Shown here: positions 58,425 to 64,000 of the stretch, one piece after another
How the letters are laid out: each line of letters begins with the position of its first letter
Numbering within the stretch: the stretch's first letter is position 1
Assembly (NCBI GenBank): GCA_964016885.1
Contig: OZ024741.1
Span: 185,380,001-185,444,000 of the forward strand
Direction: 5' to 3'
DNA length: 64,000 nucleotides
Source of the DNA: Eledone cirrhosa
Lineage: Eukaryota
The notes under the pieces: model-generated
The model's input: the letters and a program-made list of their open reading frames with translations, nothing else
What the model was told of the DNA's origin: nothing
Database searches by the model: none
Translations under genes and position numbers: made by a program

Positions 58425-58980
58425 GGGTGGTGTTGGTGGTGGTGGTGGTGGTGTTGGTGGTGGTGTTACTGGTGGCGTTGGTGGTGGTGTTGGTGGTGGT
58501 GGTAGTGTTAGTGGTGGTGGTGTTGGTGGTGGTGTTGGTGGTGGCTTTGGTGGTGGTGGTGTTGGTGGAGGGTTTGGTGGTGTTGGTGTTGGTGGTGGTG
58601 TTAGTGGTAGTGGTAGGGTTAGTGGTGGTGGTGTTGGTGGTGGTGTTGGTGGTGGCTTTGGTGGTGTTGGTGGTGGTGTTGGTGGTGGCTTTGGTGGTGG
58701 TGGTGTTGGTGGTGGTGTTGGTGGAGGGTTTGGTGGTGTTGGTATTGGTGGTGGTGTTAGTGGTAGTGGTAGGGTTAGTGGTGGTGGTGTTGGTGGTGGC
58801 TTTGGTGGTGGTGGTGGTGGTGGCTTTGGTGGTGGTGTTAGTGGTGGTGGTGGTGTTGCTGGTGGTGTTGGTATTGGTGGTGGTGTTAGTGGTGTTGTTA
58901 TTGTTGTTGTTGTCGCTGTTGTTGTAGGTGGCGGTGGCGGTGGTGGTGGTGGTGGTGGTGGTGGTTGTGGTAGTGGTGGT
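58425..58980. repeat. (GGT)n-derived low-complexity repeat
   Basis: Direct reading. Confidence 0.9.
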
Positions 58981-59321
58981 CGTGTTAGTGTCGGTGCTAG
59001 AGATAATTATAGAGTTAGTGAGTATAGCGATAAGTATGATGGTGATGATGATAATGATTATGATATGGCAATGGTGACGATTATGAGGGTGATGATGATG
59101 ATGTTGGTGGTGGTGTTGGTGGTGCTGTTGGTTGCAGTAGTTGTGGTGATGATGATGGTGATAATAAATGAGACAAAAGACAGAGTATAAAAAACAGTTA
59201 CAATTGGTGTCAGTAAGTTAAAACATTCATGATTCATTGCTGTGGAATTGGTTGCTACGCCACGTCTTTGTTTTCATAAACACATATGTACAGCCACGAA
59301 AAAACATACATATATACGCAT

Positions 59322-59416
<95 letters not shown>

Positions 59417-59549
59417 CGTGTATGTATATATACGTGTGTATGTGTATATGTATGTATGCATAAATATTTATATATGTATATATACATATATATGCATGCA
59501 AACATGTCTATCTCTCTATATCTCTCTAAATCTCTCCCTCACTCCCCAC

Positions 59550-59580
<31 letters not shown>

Positions 59581-59595
59581 TACATACATACATGC

Positions 59596-59675
<80 letters not shown>

Positions 59676-59955
59676 TAGAGAGATATAGATATAGTCATAT
59701 ACACATTTAATCATTTACTAGTTTCAGTCACTGACAGCGGCCATGCTGAGTCACTTACTTCAAAGGTTTTAGCCTATCATAAAATCCCAAGTAAATACTT
59801 CAGTCTGGTTCTTAGTTTATCGACCTTCAGTTATCGAAGCGCTAGGTTATGGAGCATAATATAGACATTAACATGGGCAACCGCATGCACACATATACAC
59901 ATACCCAGAAATGCACACGCATGCACACAAAATCACACACACACACACGTACACA

Positions 59956-60048
<93 letters not shown>

Positions 60049-60147
60049 CACGATAAATTAACGGAGCCATAGGCCCTCTCTCTGGTGTGTTACCTTTTCA
60101 ACATATAAATATCTCTCTATATATATATATTTTTTTAATATAGATGA

Positions 60148-60196
60148 GATTCTACAGGACTAGAACTGTTTCATTCTTTAGAAATCATCAGGAATC
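60148..60196 (-). ncRNA. Type I HHR in palindromic element 60133-60324
   Basis: Matches 36627-36675. Confidence 0.75.
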
Positions 60197-60338
60197 TGAT
60201 GATTTCTGAAGAATGAAACAGTTCTAGTCCTGTAGAATCTCATCTATATTAAAACTTTTATACTCTGCAATGTATTGAGTACCTTACTTACTTTGGTTAC
60301 CTCCGACTCAACCCGGAATAACGTATATATATATATAT

Positions 60339-60519
60339 AATTGTTTCTACTTTATGCACAAGGCCAGCAATTACCCAGTGCATTACTGGTACTTTATTTT
60401 ATCGACCCCGTAAGGATGAAAGGCAAAGTTAACCTCGGCGGGATTTGAACTCAGAATGGCAAGAGCCGTAACTCAATGCGTCAAAGCATGGCGTCCTACC
60501 CTCTACCGATACTGCCAAT
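60339..60519 (-). mobile_element. tRNA-derived SINE
   Basis: Consensus match. Confidence 0.9.
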
Positions 60520-60746
60520 ATCGTGAATTCAGATCCCGGATTGGGCAGTGCATGGTGTTCTTAAGCAATACGGTCTATTTCATGTTGCTCCAATTCATGC
60601 AGAAATGGGTTGCAAACACATTGGTCCCAAGCTCTATCGGCCATAGCCACTCCCTTGGACAGCATCGGTGGCATGGAGGTGAAAGACTCCTTGTGCATCG
60701 GAACTGAACGTTGTAGGGGCATAATTTATCGACCAAAGGGTTCTAC

Positions 60747-60820
<74 letters not shown>

Positions 60821-61028
60821 TATATAATATTAATTCAAAATATTAATAAATATAGACATTCATGTGATCAAATATATTTTATTATATATATTTCAGAGAT
60901 ACTGTACTGTTTCATCAGTAAGTCAATAACGCATTATTAATAACTCCAGAAAACTTCATTGTTGAGTGCTTTTAATCTATTGTAAAACTATATTCATTGA
61001 TTAATCAATGAACCTTGTTTAACCTTTG

Positions 61029-61097
<69 letters not shown>

Positions 61098-62213
61098 CAA
61101 CCGACACAGTAGAATGAAGAAATATATTATTAGTTTAGCTTATGTTATTGTAGGAAAGGAGTCTTAACGTTTCGGACTCTATATATATGTTCCCCTGGTC
61201 ACTCTCCCCTACATGTCTCAGTTCTTGGTGTTCTTTTACATCAAGGATCACAGGCCTCGCGCACCAAGACTGAACAGAGTCTGTTTCATCATCTTGGTTC
61301 CTGTTTACTTCATGGACTCAACTCCACTCCCCAATTTCTTTAATATCCCGCCCGTTATCACACCCGCGCTCGTACATTCACCCCTAGATGCCCATGGCTC
61401 TCTTATGGTTAGAAGCATATACTCTTACAGCTAATACAGAGCAACACAATACGCACACTCCTCTTTTCCCTTCACAGCTCTGTGAAACAACCTTATATTA
61501 ACATACTTTTGCTCATAGTTTCGTACTTAGAAATACACACACATACACACTCTTTTACTTACATAGACACACATATATCCTCTCAGATTCGTACGGACGT
61601 ATAATAACACACACGCGCACGCGGCTGTGCCCACACACGTATGGGTCTTTATACAAAAGGTTTTTCTTTCCATATCAGGTAGACGCGCTCCATCATCCAC
61701 TTTTCTAAAAATTATATCATACACAAAACGCCAGCATCAACAGTTTTTCAAGAGATGTCAACATGAATGGACCAGTTATTTTTCTCTAAAGATATTTTAT
61801 CGAATTCCATCTCGTCCGTCCCTTCAATCGTTCTAATTTCTCATTATTTCTTCTGATGTAGGACTAGCGTTCGAAACGTTAAAATCCTCTTCCAGCTATT
61901 TCAAGCGTTAACCTAATATATTCCTTCCATTATAAATATGTTCTACTGACATGGCTTTAAAAATGAGGCTTGTTTGTATAATTGCAAACAAATCGAATAT
62001 TATTATTGATATTCGAAAAATTCAGATTACATTTATATATATATATATATATATATAACGGAGGAATTGTGGTAAGGAACCAGATGGATCATAACGCACC
62101 AGAGTACTCAATACTAGTAAAGAGGGTAATAGGAAAAGGTATGGCTCTGACGGCAGAGCTCCAGAAATAGCCGTCGAAACGGCTCTAGCTCTGCCGTCGG
62201 GGTCATACCTTTT

Positions 62214-62304
<91 letters not shown>

Positions 62305-62768
62305 GCGCCATGTAGCATCATCAGCTTTTCCAAAAGAGTATATCTTACACAAAAGGACAGCATCAACAGTTTTCTTAGAGATGTAAACTGTCATTCTAGT
62401 GAAGGATTAGCGTCTGAAACGTTAATTCTCTTTTCCCACTATATCATGCGAAAAACTAAGAATATATTTCTTTATTGTGCTGTACCGTTTTGTTATTTCT
62501 GATTGTCATTTCTATCTGTCTTTTGCATACACACACACACATATATACGCCCCACCCCTATATATATGATATAAAACGAAAAATCAGTGATGCATCTGAA
62601 CTCAATTTATTGTGTGTTACAATTGTTTCGCCAGCGGACAGCTCGAGACGCGATCATTGCGTGGATCTGTCTGATTCTGGACCCGCAGTTTCGACGGACA
62701 CGTCGAATGATTTCGGAGCATATGCTCAACCGGCATACCGCCTATGGAAGCATCTTAGCTACCAACCG

Positions 62769-62806
<38 letters not shown>

Positions 62807-62925
62807 GTATTTAAACAACTAAAGGTGTAACACACGAGTTGTGATATATTAGTAAAAGGAAAAGAAAATGCTGACAAATTTTTCCCAGTGAAAAATAGTT
62901 TAATTAGGAATAAACATAAATTAGT

Positions 62926-63110
62926 AATTGTTTCTACTTTAGGCACAAGGCCAGCAATTACCCAGTGCATTACTGGTACTTTATTTTATCGACCCCGTAA
63001 GGATGAAAGGCAAAGTCAACCTCGGCGGGATTTGAACTCAGATCGTAAAGGGACGTAACTATGCTGGAAAGCATGGCGTCCGACCCTCTACCGATACTGC
63101 CAATCCACCG
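62926..63110 (-). mobile_element. SINE nested in an HHR element, TSD aaattagtaat
   Basis: Empty site visible at 51980-51992. Confidence 0.9.
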
Positions 63111-63319
63111 AAATTAGTAATAAGTATTGGTTAGTATTCAGTTTTAGTTTTAATTTTTTACCGGTTGTGCATTTCTATTGCTTTTCAAAAATAATTTTGA
63201 GATAGAGCGCTCGTGATGTTTGCTCTAATCTAATCAGATTAGAGAAAACATCACGAGCGCTCTATCTCAAAATTATATATATATTACATATATATATATA
63301 TTGAGAGAGAGGAATCTCA

Positions 63320-63603
63320 GTCTCCTTTGGTAACGAATCACAGATGATTAGCACTAGAAAGTTCCCCTCCGTGTTACAAGCAGTTTCGCTTCTCTACACG
63401 AACGATGTTGTTCAAGGGAAAGGCAATGGCCGATGACAGCTTGTGGCCAGAGGCGTTGCAACCCATTTCTGCAGCCAAATGATGTGGAATAATGTGAAAT
63501 AAAGTGATTTGCTTATGAACACAACGTACAGCTCGGTCCGGGACTCGAAATCACCAACTTAGTTGCAAGCTCAACGATCTGACAACTAATCCACGCGCCT
63601 TCT
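63320..63603 (-). mobile_element. tRNA-derived CORE-like SINE
   Basis: Minus strand ggcgcgtggattagttg..tttcgagtccc..gtgttcataagcaa. Confidence 0.75.
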
Positions 63604-63782
<179 letters not shown>

Positions 63783-63811
63783 ATATATGTATATATGTAT
63801 ATATATATATG

Positions 63812-64000
63812 AGTAAGTAAGACCCCGACGGCTGAGCTCAACCCGTTTCGACGGCTAATTCTGTACAGAATTAGCCGTCGAAACGGCTTGAGCTCAGCCG
63901 TCGGGGTCTTACTTACTCCTATTTCCCACTCTACTACCCTAAGTATTGAGTACTTTGGTGCGTTATGGTCCACCTGGTTTCTTACCACTTTTCCCTCGCT
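63812..64000 (+). mobile_element. Family G fold-back plus Penelope tail
   Basis: Palindrome centred on ctgtacag; tail matches 29281-29362. Confidence 0.8.

Noticed and set aside
58423-59190. 255-aa glycine-rich ORF
   Set aside because: GGT repeat open in several frames; no signal peptide or splice support
62600-62770. GC-rich island with several GAAA motifs on minus strand
   Set aside because: GAAACAAUUGUA present but no convincing CUGANGA partner

Overview
AT-rich, microsatellite-saturated animal genomic DNA; the repeat types suggest an octopus/cephalopod-like mollusc (inference). Most ORFs in the track are artefacts of (TA)n, (CA)n, (GAA)n and (GGT)n. Recognisable content: a MAK16 C-terminal fragment, a decayed Tx1-clade LINE, two R4/Dong-like fragments, RTE fragments, a near full-length Penelope-like element (RT + GIY-YIG, inverted pseudo-LTR), a Naiad-type Penelope RT fragment, over 20 copies of one tRNA-derived SINE, and candidate small exons of one or two minus-strand genes. 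The main hidden signal: many short islands between (TA)n tracts are Penelope-type termini carrying minimal type I hammerhead ribozyme (HHR) motifs. By eye I count about 25-30 intact or decayed motifs in at least 10 families. Several have non-canonical cores (U3-A8, an extra base after A9, palindromic helix III), recurrent 5' ends and fold-back palindromes. All folds and coordinates were read manually; element boundaries are approximate.
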